Positions 36,302 through 44,165 of a stretch of 64,000 nt of DNA are shown here, piece after piece. Where the stretch lies: IMG/VR virus record IMGVR_UViG_3300042402_003952. One strand, given 5' to 3'. Source of the DNA: a virus (taxonomy: Duplodnaviria > Caudoviricetes). The first letter of the stretch is position 1; the number at the start of each line of letters is the position of its first letter. The notes below the pieces were generated by a model. It had not been told where the DNA came from, did no database searches, and saw nothing but the letters and a program-made list of their open reading frames with translations. Both the position numbers and the translations under genes were made by a program.

Positions 36302-36573
36302 AAGAGGGTGGAGGGAGCAGGGGTGCCTGTCCCACCCAAGACCCATTGTTTATTTGAATTAAGATGACTGCTGCTCAACGAATGGAAAAGCAATTCTTCA
36401 TCAGTTTCATTTCTCTTATCAATGAGGTTCAGGGTAAGACTAAACTTCCCTCTCAAGTTGTTAAGAATCGCAAGTCTGCTTGGGTAAAGCAAGTTTCCAA
36501 TCCCAAGCAAAAGAAAGATGCACTTTCTCTTGTGTAGTTCTTTCTTTCTTTCCTTCTTCTCTTTCTTCAATCA

Positions 36574-36759
36574 ATGATGAAACTCACCAAAGCACAAAAA
36601 GAAATTCTTCTCACTCTTGAGAATGGTGATGTTGTTAATAATTGGTCGCAACGTATGCGAGCACTTCAACCACTGATTGATGCTGGTATTGTTTATATCA
36701 AGGTGACGAATGATAAGAATGGAATTACAGAAGATGTAAGAGTTGCACTGGTTGATTAG
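36574..36759 (+). CDS. small hypothetical protein
   Basis: 61-aa ORF. Confidence 0.55.
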   Translation: MMKLTKAQKEILLTLENGDVVNNWSQRMRALQPLIDAGIVYIKVTNDKNGITEDVRVALVD

Positions 36760-36794
36760 TTCTTTTCTTCCTTCCTTTTTCTTTCTTAACAACA

Positions 36795-37034
36795 ATGACT
36801 CAAACTCTCACTGAAACTATCTACTCTGATGCTCTGTTCTTTCTGACTCGCTACTTTAATCAGTTTGATGAATGTGAGTTGCAAGAGTACGATGATTTGA
36901 CTGTTCAAGACATTGTTGATGTTCTTGGTTATGCAAGTTTTGAAGATCATTATCATCCTGATGTAGCATATATTTCTGATGTTCGCAAACTGAAAAGTCT
37001 GCGCGATGAAATTCATAATCGCTTCTATCAATAA
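36795..37034 (+). CDS. hypothetical protein
   Basis: 79-aa ORF. Confidence 0.6.
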   Translation: MTQTLTETIYSDALFFLTRYFNQFDECELQEYDDLTVQDIVDVLGYASFEDHYHPDVAYISDVRKLKSLRDEIHNRFYQ

Positions 37035-37279
37035 GTCTTTCTTCTCTTTCATCTGTCCCACATAAAAACAAACAATGCTGATCAAAACCACTTTCGACAT
37101 TCAAGATCGCACTCCTGTCTATGCGATTTGTAATGCAAATCATCAGTGTGGTATGATTACGACTAGCATTATCAATGCAATCAAAGCAGGACAATGTAAG
37201 TCTTTCGATGAAGTGAAAACTCTTATCAATCGCTAAATTATGACTTCGCTTCTTTAATATACCAAACGCCTTACAATCA

Positions 37280-37474
37280 TTGAACAAAGAACAACTGAAT
37301 CTTCAAGCAGAAAACACTCTTCTGCAGATGGAAAAGCGAATGATTAAACTGACGAAGAGCAAGAAGAAAAAGAATAGGTCAAATGCAAGTGCTATTTTTA
37401 TGGAATGGCAAGAAGTATTTCAACAACATAATGAATCAGTAGAACTTCTCTGGGTGCCTAATTTTTACCAATGA
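37280..37474 (+). CDS. hypothetical protein
   Basis: 64-aa ORF. Confidence 0.5.
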   Translation: MNKEQLNLQAENTLLQMEKRMIKLTKSKKKKNRSNASAIFMEWQEVFQQHNESVELLWVPNFYQ

Positions 37475-37619
37475 CTGAAATGATTTTCCGATTCACACCT
37501 GAAGAACTTGAAGTTCTGCAATCTCTGATTGGATTCTTTAATGATGTTGGTATTCCTGATGGTGTAGACCAAGAATCATATGATTCATTGTTCAACAAAG
37601 TGATGTCTAATTAAACAAA

Positions 37620-37823
37620 ATGACACTTTCATCTCAAACACTTCACAACTTGTCTGATGCACTTAAATCAGAAGTGCTTGATTATATTCGATACAATGAT
37701 CGCTATGTTTCGACAATGTATGAATTGATTTCAGATGCAATTCATGATAAACTTGGTCCAGTTGATGATGATGTTTTAACTGAACTTACTTTTATTACTT
37801 TTGATTCTCTGACATTAGAATGA
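37620..37823 (+). CDS. hypothetical protein
   Basis: 67-aa ORF. Confidence 0.6.
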   Translation: MTLSSQTLHNLSDALKSEVLDYIRYNDRYVSTMYELISDAIHDKLGPVDDDVLTELTFITFDSLTLE

Positions 37824-38032
37824 TGAAACTCTCTCAAATGATTATTCTTCAAAAACAAGATCACGGTTGTGTTTATACTCTTGATCCTGATGAGAATGAA
37901 TTGTATTATGCTCCTATCTACAAAGATAACACTGTAAATCTTTCTGAATTTGCACCTGTTGATCTTGCTGATGTAGATGATATTTACGATATACTGACTA
38001 TTCAAAAAGAACTCATCAAACTGAACAAATGA
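37820..38032 (+). CDS. hypothetical protein
   Basis: 70-aa coupled ORF. Confidence 0.6.
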   Translation: MMKLSQMIILQKQDHGCVYTLDPDENELYYAPIYKDNTVNLSEFAPVDLADVDDIYDILTIQKELIKLNK

Positions 38033-38229
38033 CTTTTATGAATGAATCTACACTGGATCTTTTCTGCCAGCACGAAGATGAAACTTATGCTGATGAATAT
38101 GCAATGGAATTTGAAAGAAAAGCAGCAGAGTTGGAGATTACTGTTGATTATTTCCTAATGGAATTTGTGTAATACCAAATAGATTTCTCTTTTGATTGCT
38201 TGATATAAAGGATGCTTTGAATCTTAATT

Positions 38230-38418
38230 ATGACATTTGACTCACTTCTTCACGATCTTGATTTCATCTACGATGCTCAAGCAGGATCCTATTTTCAGGA
38301 AGATCATCAACAAAATCTACACACCTATGCTCACATCAGAAACAATCAATGGTTATATGAAAAGTATGATACAAACGATCAAGTAATCTCTACTATTCCT
38401 TTTTACACTTATGATTGA
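38230..38418 (+). CDS. hypothetical protein
   Basis: 62-aa ORF. Confidence 0.5.
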   Translation: MTFDSLLHDLDFIYDAQAGSYFQEDHQQNLHTYAHIRNNQWLYEKYDTNDQVISTIPFYTYD

Positions 38419-38561
38419 ACTGATTCTAGCAACTACAATTACATCTATTCCATATCAAGAAAAAGTTAATCGTAGTTGTTCTTATATTGTAGGAATCCCT
38501 TATGCTTCTGATAACTTTACTGATGAAGAATGGAAAAGATTTGAGTTATGTAGGAAGTTGA

Positions 38562-39092
38562 TTAAGATTTAGGTGAAGTATTCATTACTTTACGAAGTCC
38601 ATATTGATTGATATATTGTTCCAGTGCGCTTTCAATCATATTATTCATAAATTCATAAGAGTTAGGAACTGGTAATCCTTTTCTTATGCTTGCAGAATGA
38701 ACTTCTTTTACTTTTTCTAATATAAACTTATCTATTTCAAAACCATTTACAACTGCTTTATATTCTACATTTGCTTTTTTAGTTACCCATTCTAGATTTT
38801 CTAATCTATTATCTGCACTGTTTTTATTTCGATGATTTACTTCCATTGTAATATCTTCTGTTGGAATGAAAGCAAGAGCAACTAATCTATGAACTAGAAA
38901 GTTTCTTTTTTTACCGTATTTGTCAGATAGTAATACTGCTCTATATCCACAATTTCTTTTCTTCCAACCAGGAGAAAGTATCTTTGGTTTCTTATACTTA
39001 AAAGACCATATATTTCCTTCTGTGTCTACACCATATTCAGGGTAATCTTTTAAGTATTTTGTATCTTCAAGTTTCAGTAATCTGGTTTCCAT
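38562..39092 (-). CDS. NUMOD4-HNH homing endonuclease
   Basis: YPEYGVDTEGNIWS (NUMOD4); VHRLVALAFI..VNH.N....DNRLENLEWVT. Confidence 0.9.
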   Translation of the reverse strand: METRLLKLEDTKYLKDYPEYGVDTEGNIWSFKYKKPKILSPGWKKRNCGYRAVLLSDKYGKKRNFLVHRLVALAFIPTEDITMEVNHRNKNSADNRLENLEWVTKKANVEYKAVVNGFEIDKFILEKVKEVHSASIRKGLPVPNSYEFMNNMIESALEQYINQYGLRKVMNTSPKS

Positions 39093-39209
39093 TTGATTGA
39101 GTTTACCACTAAAAGGTATATAGTGGTAAATGCTATTTAAGAAAAGGTTAATATTGAGAATTACTATGATTAGAGATTGATAAATTGATATAATGGTAGT
39201 GTTATATTG

Positions 39210-39321
39210 TTAATACCTTAAAGAATGTGAGTTCTTATGATTAATACCTTAAAGAATGTAGTTAATACCTTAAGAAACCTTAAAGAATGTAGTTAATACC
39301 TTAAGAAACCTTAAAGAATGT
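39210..39321. repeat. iteron-like tandem repeats (ACCTTAA(A)GAA x6)
   Basis: ACCTTAA at 39215, 39246, 39267, 39277, 39298, 39308. Confidence 0.9.
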
Positions 39322-39347
39322 GAGTTCTTGTCGCGGTCTTGGCCTGC

Positions 39348-39405
39348 ATTATAACACATCAGCGCTGTTTTGTCAATACCCCCAGGACACTCCAAAAATC
39401 GGCAC
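39348..39405 (-). promoter_or_regulatory. early promoter element copy 19, reverse orientation, perfect sigma70 consensus
   Basis: minus strand TTGACA-17-TATAAT; palindrome AGGACA-N10-CGGCAC 30 nt from the -10 box. Confidence 0.85.
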
Positions 39406-39918
39406 ACCACTATAAAATTATAAACACTCCCAGACACGTCTATATGCCCCTGCAAGGCACTTATAAACTCATTTAGGGGTCAGAGTACCGAAGTGCTGGT
39501 TTTTGTGATTAAATCAGCATAGGATAGAACTACAAAAACCAGCAAGAACTTGTATAAATAAACATAACAATTCAATTCATAGTGCGAATTTGAACTTTCC
39601 TACGGGGTCAAAAGTCAAATTCTACAGAAGCGAAAAGTTAATAAAACATTTGATAATTTATAGAATCAAAGTTCTCATAGGGTCTTTATAAAAACCCTCT
39701 CTCCAAAGTCAATGAAATAAAACCATTGATGGAGAAAACAAATACTGAAAGAGATTATCAAAACTGAATACTCACCGAAACCCAATAAAAGCACATAATT
39801 CCTGCTTTAGATTCTTATGCGAATTTCTAAAGATGTCAGGAAGGTTTTATACTATCAAAAATTATTTAATTATCAAGGTTTTATCAGAACTCTTTTATTC
39901 TATCACATAATCTTCTAG

Positions 39919-39947
39919 TTGACAAGTACTCATAATGTCGCTAGAGT
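39919..39947 (+). promoter_or_regulatory. sigma70-type promoter
   Basis: TTGACA-17-TAGAGT. Confidence 0.6.
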
Positions 39948-40044
39948 ATGTTTGTTGCTGTTAAAGAGAAATAATAACATCAAGAACTTAAAGACCCGTC
40001 CGAAGGACAACACGACCGAAGGGAGTGTTTCTATAAGGCACTGG

Positions 40045-40073
40045 TTGACAATTATAATAAGACCTGATAGAAT
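40045..40073 (+). promoter_or_regulatory. sigma70-type promoter directly upstream of the 72-bp array
   Basis: TTGACA-17-TAGAAT. Confidence 0.75.
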
Positions 40074-40096
40074 ATAACAATCAGAACAAACAAAAG

Positions 40097-40339
40097 TCAT
40101 TCGTGATTAGATAAGATTCGTATCATTATAAAAGACACAAGCACTAATGATAAGAATGAATCACAAAGTCATTCGTGATTAGATAAGATTCGTATAGAAA
40201 AATCATAATACTTAAGACTGGCAATAAAGAACTCATAAGTTCATTCGTGATTAGATAAGATTCGTATAGAAAATTGATAATACAACACAACTGTGAGATT
40301 ATAATCACAAAGTCATTCGTGATTAGATAAGATTCGTAT
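40097..40339. repeat. CRISPR-like array: four identical 27-nt repeats, 45-nt spacers, 72-bp period
   Basis: TCATTCGTGATTAGATAAGATTCGTAT at 40097, 40169, 40241, 40313. Confidence 0.9.
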
Positions 40340-40423
40340 AGAGATTCGATCTTATCAGAATCTCAAAGAAATCATAAGAAGAAAATATTCGTTTATATCT
40401 CAAGTTCGTTGTGGGGCAAATAC

Positions 40424-40452
40424 TTGACGGGCACTGAAAGGTCTGGTAGAAT
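40424..40452 (+). promoter_or_regulatory. sigma70-type promoter
   Basis: TTGACG-17-TAGAAT upstream of ORF 40493. Confidence 0.7.
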
Positions 40453-40492
40453 TAACCAGTAGAGTTTATTCGTTCTTTCGGTTCTTTAACTT

Positions 40493-40660
40493 ATGGCAAC
40501 TTCTTACCTTAAAGCACAAAGGAATAAGTATCGTATCACTCTGGAATTAAACGTGAATGAAGATTTTAATCCTCATCAGATTAACTGGAAGAAACTATTC
40601 GGGTTAGACAGTAAAGAATCAGTGAAGAGTTATGTAGAAGATCTCTCCGTGCCCTGGTAA
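40493..40660 (+). CDS. 55-aa conserved cyanophage-type protein (below track cutoff)
   Basis: hand translated MATSYLKAQRNKYRITLELNV.EDFNPHQINWKKLF... Confidence 0.65.
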   Translation: MATSYLKAQRNKYRITLELNVNEDFNPHQINWKKLFGLDSKESVKSYVEDLSVPW

Positions 40661-41265
40661 TTAAGAATACAATCCAACATTCCTCTGTTGTATTATACTT
40701 TCGTGGAGTAAGAAACATCGCCTGATAGATGTTTCGTTTATTATTATTACTTTGTCTGATTGTTTTTATCTTTAATGGCAACTTAATTCTTTATACTTAT
40801 TATTATTCGTCGTTAATTGGCGGCAGTTAGTATAAAGAATAGTCAGTTCTTATTAAATAAGTAGAGTTTTTTCGTGCTTAAGTAATAAGAACTTCGTTGT
40901 TTTATTCTAATAACACAGTGATTTGGTGGCAGTTAGTATAAACAACACGAATAACTAATACTTATTCGTTGTCAGTTGTTTATTCGTTATAGCAGTTATT
41001 TTATTTTATTTGTTATTGTTTATATCGGGCGTTGCCCCCGTATATAAAAACGCCCCACTACCCTAACCTACACTGTATGTCTTTTTCGACCTATCTATCA
41101 CTCTCATAAAAAAAAAATTCCATAAAAAAAAATGTCTCCAAAAAGAAAAGTAAATTGCCACGGATGGGGAATCTTCGGAGGTAAGCACAAGAAAAAGAAA
41201 AGTTGCGCAACAGGTATCTTCAGAACTCCTGCTCAAAAAAGAGCATCCTCAAAAAGAAAGAAGAG

Positions 41266-41409
41266 ATGAAAAAATCAGCACCATATTGGAATTTTTGGAG
41301 AGTGATACTTGCAGGATGGATGATCAGATACCCAAAGCAAATGAGTAGAATTTCATTAACATCTCTGGGCATTTTGATTAGTCTGATATATAATGCAATG
41401 GTAAAATAA
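41266..41409 (+). CDS. small membrane protein
   Basis: MKKSAPYWNFWRVILAGW... Confidence 0.55.
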   Translation: MKKSAPYWNFWRVILAGWMIRYPKQMSRISLTSLGILISLIYNAMVK

Positions 41410-41443
41410 CTTTATCATAAAAAAAATTTCGTAAAAATTTTTT

Positions 41444-41641
41444 ATGCAAACGGAAAAAATATATCACATCTACGCAAAAGATAAGTGTTTATTTCATTCT
41501 ATTAAAGAGGATGAATTCGAAACAACTTGGAATACCATTAACAATATGGTAGGAATTATGAAAACTGACTATATTATAGAAGACTTATCCTATGAGGAAT
41601 TGATTTTTCAGAAAGAAATGAGTTTAAACTCTTCGCATTGA
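41444..41641 (+). CDS. conserved cyanophage hypothetical protein
   Basis: 65-aa ORF. Confidence 0.65.
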   Translation: MQTEKIYHIYAKDKCLFHSIKEDEFETTWNTINNMVGIMKTDYIIEDLSYEELIFQKEMSLNSSH

Positions 41642-41690
41642 CAACTGCATATATAGACTGTTAAAATTGATCTGAAGGTTTTATTTTTTT

Positions 41691-42458
41691 ATGGCAAAAG
41701 GATTTACTGTAAAAGCAACAGCACCAACATCCAAAAAAGAAGACTGGGATATTGATGCGATTAAAGAAAGGATGCGAGGAAAGTCAATTGTATTTTGTCT
41801 TCCTGGTCGTGGGTGTTCCTTTATTTTTCTGAAGAACTTTGTGCAACTGTGCTTTGATATGGTACAGAATGGAATGAGTATTCAAATCTCTCAAGATTAT
41901 TCATCAATGGTTAATTTTGCACGTTGCAAATGTTTGGGTGCAAATGTACTTCGTGGACCAAAGCAAATTCCTTGGGATGGAAAACTGCAATATGATTATC
42001 AACTTTGGATTGACTCGGATATTGTCTTTGACACAAACAAATTCTGGCAACTTTGTGATCTTTCTCTGAGTGAAGATGGTACTGAGCGGGAAATCACTGC
42101 TGGTTGGTATGCTACAGAGGATGGGCACACAACTTCTGTCGCACACTGGTTGGAGGAAGATGATTTCCGCAAGAATGGTGGAGTGATGAATCATGAAACC
42201 GTTGAGTCTATTCAAAAACGTCGGAAACCTTTCACTGTTGATTACACTGGTTTTGGTTGGGTACTCATCAAGAATGGTGTTTTTGAAAACCTCGAATATC
42301 CTTGGTTTGCACCTAAAATGCAAGTCTTTGAGTCTGGTCAAGTTCAAGATATGTGCGGTGAAGATGTTTCATTCTGTCTTGATGCAAAAGAGGCAGGATT
42401 TGAAATCTGGTGCGATCCTCGTATCAGAGTGGGGCATGAGAAAACTCGTATTATCTGA
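41691..42458 (+). CDS. conserved cyanophage GT-A (family 2-like) glycosyltransferase-fold protein
   Basis: LWIDSDIVF (DxD), YTGFGWVLIK, GED.SFC, GHEK. Confidence 0.75.
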   Translation: MAKGFTVKATAPTSKKEDWDIDAIKERMRGKSIVFCLPGRGCSFIFLKNFVQLCFDMVQNGMSIQISQDYSSMVNFARCKCLGANVLRGPKQIPWDGKLQYDYQLWIDSDIVFDTNKFWQLCDLSLSEDGTEREITAGWYATEDGHTTSVAHWLEEDDFRKNGGVMNHETVESIQKRRKPFTVDYTGFGWVLIKNGVFENLEYPWFAPKMQVFESGQVQDMCGEDVSFCLDAKEAGFEIWCDPRIRVGHEKTRII

Positions 42459-42614
42459 TGACAAAAAAACTCTACAATCTTTTATATAAAGGTCGTAAAA
42501 TTTATACAAATCTCACTATAGATGACTGTAGTGAGATTCTTGAAGACTTCTCAGAGCGTTTCTACTCGGGAGAAGACATTGATCCAACTTTAATTGAAAT
42601 GGAGGAAATTACAA

Positions 42615-42758
42615 ATGGCTAAAGGTGGAAGTAATAAAGTACTGTTTCAACCAGGAGCACCGAAGAAGACACGTCAAGGACGTTCTCCACGTACATTGTT
42701 GAGTGCAACCTCTCGTAATGGACGTAAAAAGAAATATCGCGGACAAGGTAAAGGTTAA
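42615..42758 (+). CDS. 47-aa basic conserved cyanophage protein
   Basis: GGAGG SD; MAKGG...KKTRQG...KKYRGQGKG. Confidence 0.65.
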   Translation: MAKGGSNKVLFQPGAPKKTRQGRSPRTLLSATSRNGRKKKYRGQGKG

Positions 42759-42768
42759 TATTATAGAT

Positions 42769-42795
42769 AAGCAGGAAGTAATTCCTGCTTTTTTT
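42769..42795 (+). terminator. intrinsic terminator
   Basis: AAGCAGGAA-GTAA-TTCCTGCTT + T-run. Confidence 0.8.
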
Positions 42796-42805
42796 GTTAG
42801 GTGTT

Positions 42806-43501
42806 ATGGCATATTTAAATCACAATCTTCCAACAATTACTTGTTATATTCGCAATGAATTTCTCTACAATCATAAAAAAGGTCACGGAGAGGTAACTTT
42901 ATGCGATGTACACTCTGTAGCGTCCTTAGAGAAGCATGTACCTCTCTTTGAAGCATTTTTAGAGAATGGTGTTAACTGGACTCGTAGACCTATTCATGCA
43001 TTTTGTTGGAAATCTGATGCACCAGTTCCTCAATTAGAAGAATGCATGTGGTGGGATTGCTTTTCTCCTTATATTGATGTTCAAGTTCGTTCAAGGTTGG
43101 CTAACTTACGTGCTGAACTTATCAATTATCGAGGAGAAAAAAATGAAGGGACATATCTTTTTACGCTCGATTGGTCATGGGAGTCAAAATCTACTCTGAA
43201 TACTAACTTTAGTGAGACTCCAGAGCACAAATGTGCCCATCTTTTCAAAATGGACAATGGAAATTTCTATGCATATCCAAATAATAAGATATTATGGTAT
43301 GATGATGCATGGACTAAGAACAGAATTACCAAAAATCCAGGTTATGAAATTGATTTGACCGAATATTCTGTTGAAAATCGTCGCAAAATTGAGACCTCCG
43401 ACGATTTTATGTACGAAATCACAAATATTCGGGATAGCAACCCCGTAAAAAGTTCTGATTTAACAAATCAGGAGAAAAAAAATGACCAAACAAGTGGATA
43501 A
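42806..43501 (+). CDS. conserved cyanophage hypothetical protein
   Basis: MAYLNHNLP...; 231 aa. Confidence 0.7.
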   Translation: MAYLNHNLPTITCYIRNEFLYNHKKGHGEVTLCDVHSVASLEKHVPLFEAFLENGVNWTRRPIHAFCWKSDAPVPQLEECMWWDCFSPYIDVQVRSRLANLRAELINYRGEKNEGTYLFTLDWSWESKSTLNTNFSETPEHKCAHLFKMDNGNFYAYPNNKILWYDDAWTKNRITKNPGYEIDLTEYSVENRRKIETSDDFMYEITNIRDSNPVKSSDLTNQEKKNDQTSG

Positions 43502-43736
43502 AGACCAGAATTTTATGAAAAATGAGTGGGGAACTCAGTACTTATCTTCAGAATATGGTTGGGAAGAGAAAGTTGAGAAGCAAAAAATGCTTCGAGAGAT
43601 TGCAAGTGATGATTTAACTCCCAAAAAGCACGATTTCTTCTATCAAAATGAAATTCATTCACAAATTCGCAATGATAATGACTATGATGACTGGGAATAT
43701 GGCACTGAACCACTTTATGAATCAAAAAATCTCTAA
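43482..43736 (+). CDS. hypothetical protein
   Basis: 84-aa ORF. Confidence 0.65.
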   Translation: MTKQVDKDQNFMKNEWGTQYLSSEYGWEEKVEKQKMLREIASDDLTPKKHDFFYQNEIHSQIRNDNDYDDWEYGTEPLYESKNL

Positions 43737-43742
43737 TAAATA
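43736..43742 (+). promoter_or_regulatory. late promoter ATAAATA for the baseplate operon
   Basis: motif 21 nt upstream of gp25 ATG. Confidence 0.7.
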
Positions 43743-43763
43743 AGACAGAATTACTTATTTTTC

Positions 43764-44165
43764 ATGCCCGCTGAAAGGATAAGCAAGTCATTTAAAGATA
43801 TTAGTTTATCCTTTCAGGTTAATCCTCTGAATTATGATCTGATTGCGATTAAAAATGAGACGGCTATTGCCAGATCACTTCGCAATCTTGTTTTAACTCA
43901 ACCGGGTGAAAGATTTTTTAACCAAAATCTTGGTTCTAGGATTAATCAGTCTCTTTTTGAAATGCTTGATGAAATAAGTGCCTCTGTTATAAGAGACGAA
44001 ATCAAAAATACAATTGAAAATTATGAACCAAGAGTGAGTTTAATTGACGTTGAAGTAACTCCAAATGATGAAAATTATGAATTCAATGTAACTATTAAAT
44101 ATTACATCGTTGGTGCTGATGTATTACCTCAACAATTATCATTTGCATTACAACCAACACGATAA
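43764..44165 (+). CDS. gp25: baseplate wedge subunit gp25
   Basis: FKDISLSF..NP...AIARSLRNLVLT..GERFF...GS...YEPRV. Confidence 0.92.
   Translation: MPAERISKSFKDISLSFQVNPLNYDLIAIKNETAIARSLRNLVLTQPGERFFNQNLGSRINQSLFEMLDEISASVIRDEIKNTIENYEPRVSLIDVEVTPNDENYEFNVTIKYYIVGADVLPQQLSFALQPTR

Noticed and set aside
36538-36790. Pyrimidine-rich TTCTTT tracts as microsatellite or regulatory repeats
   Set aside because: Low-complexity intergenic spacers without a fixed unit; common before SD-less starts in this region
39681-39767. Short open frame (GLYKNPLSKV...DYQN) as a pseudogene
   Set aside because: Too short, no upstream start or recognisable motif
40097-40339. Calling the 72-bp array a bona fide CRISPR locus
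   Set aside because: No cas genes in the window, repeat not recognised, and spacers share flanking similarity; kept as a repeat and a finding only
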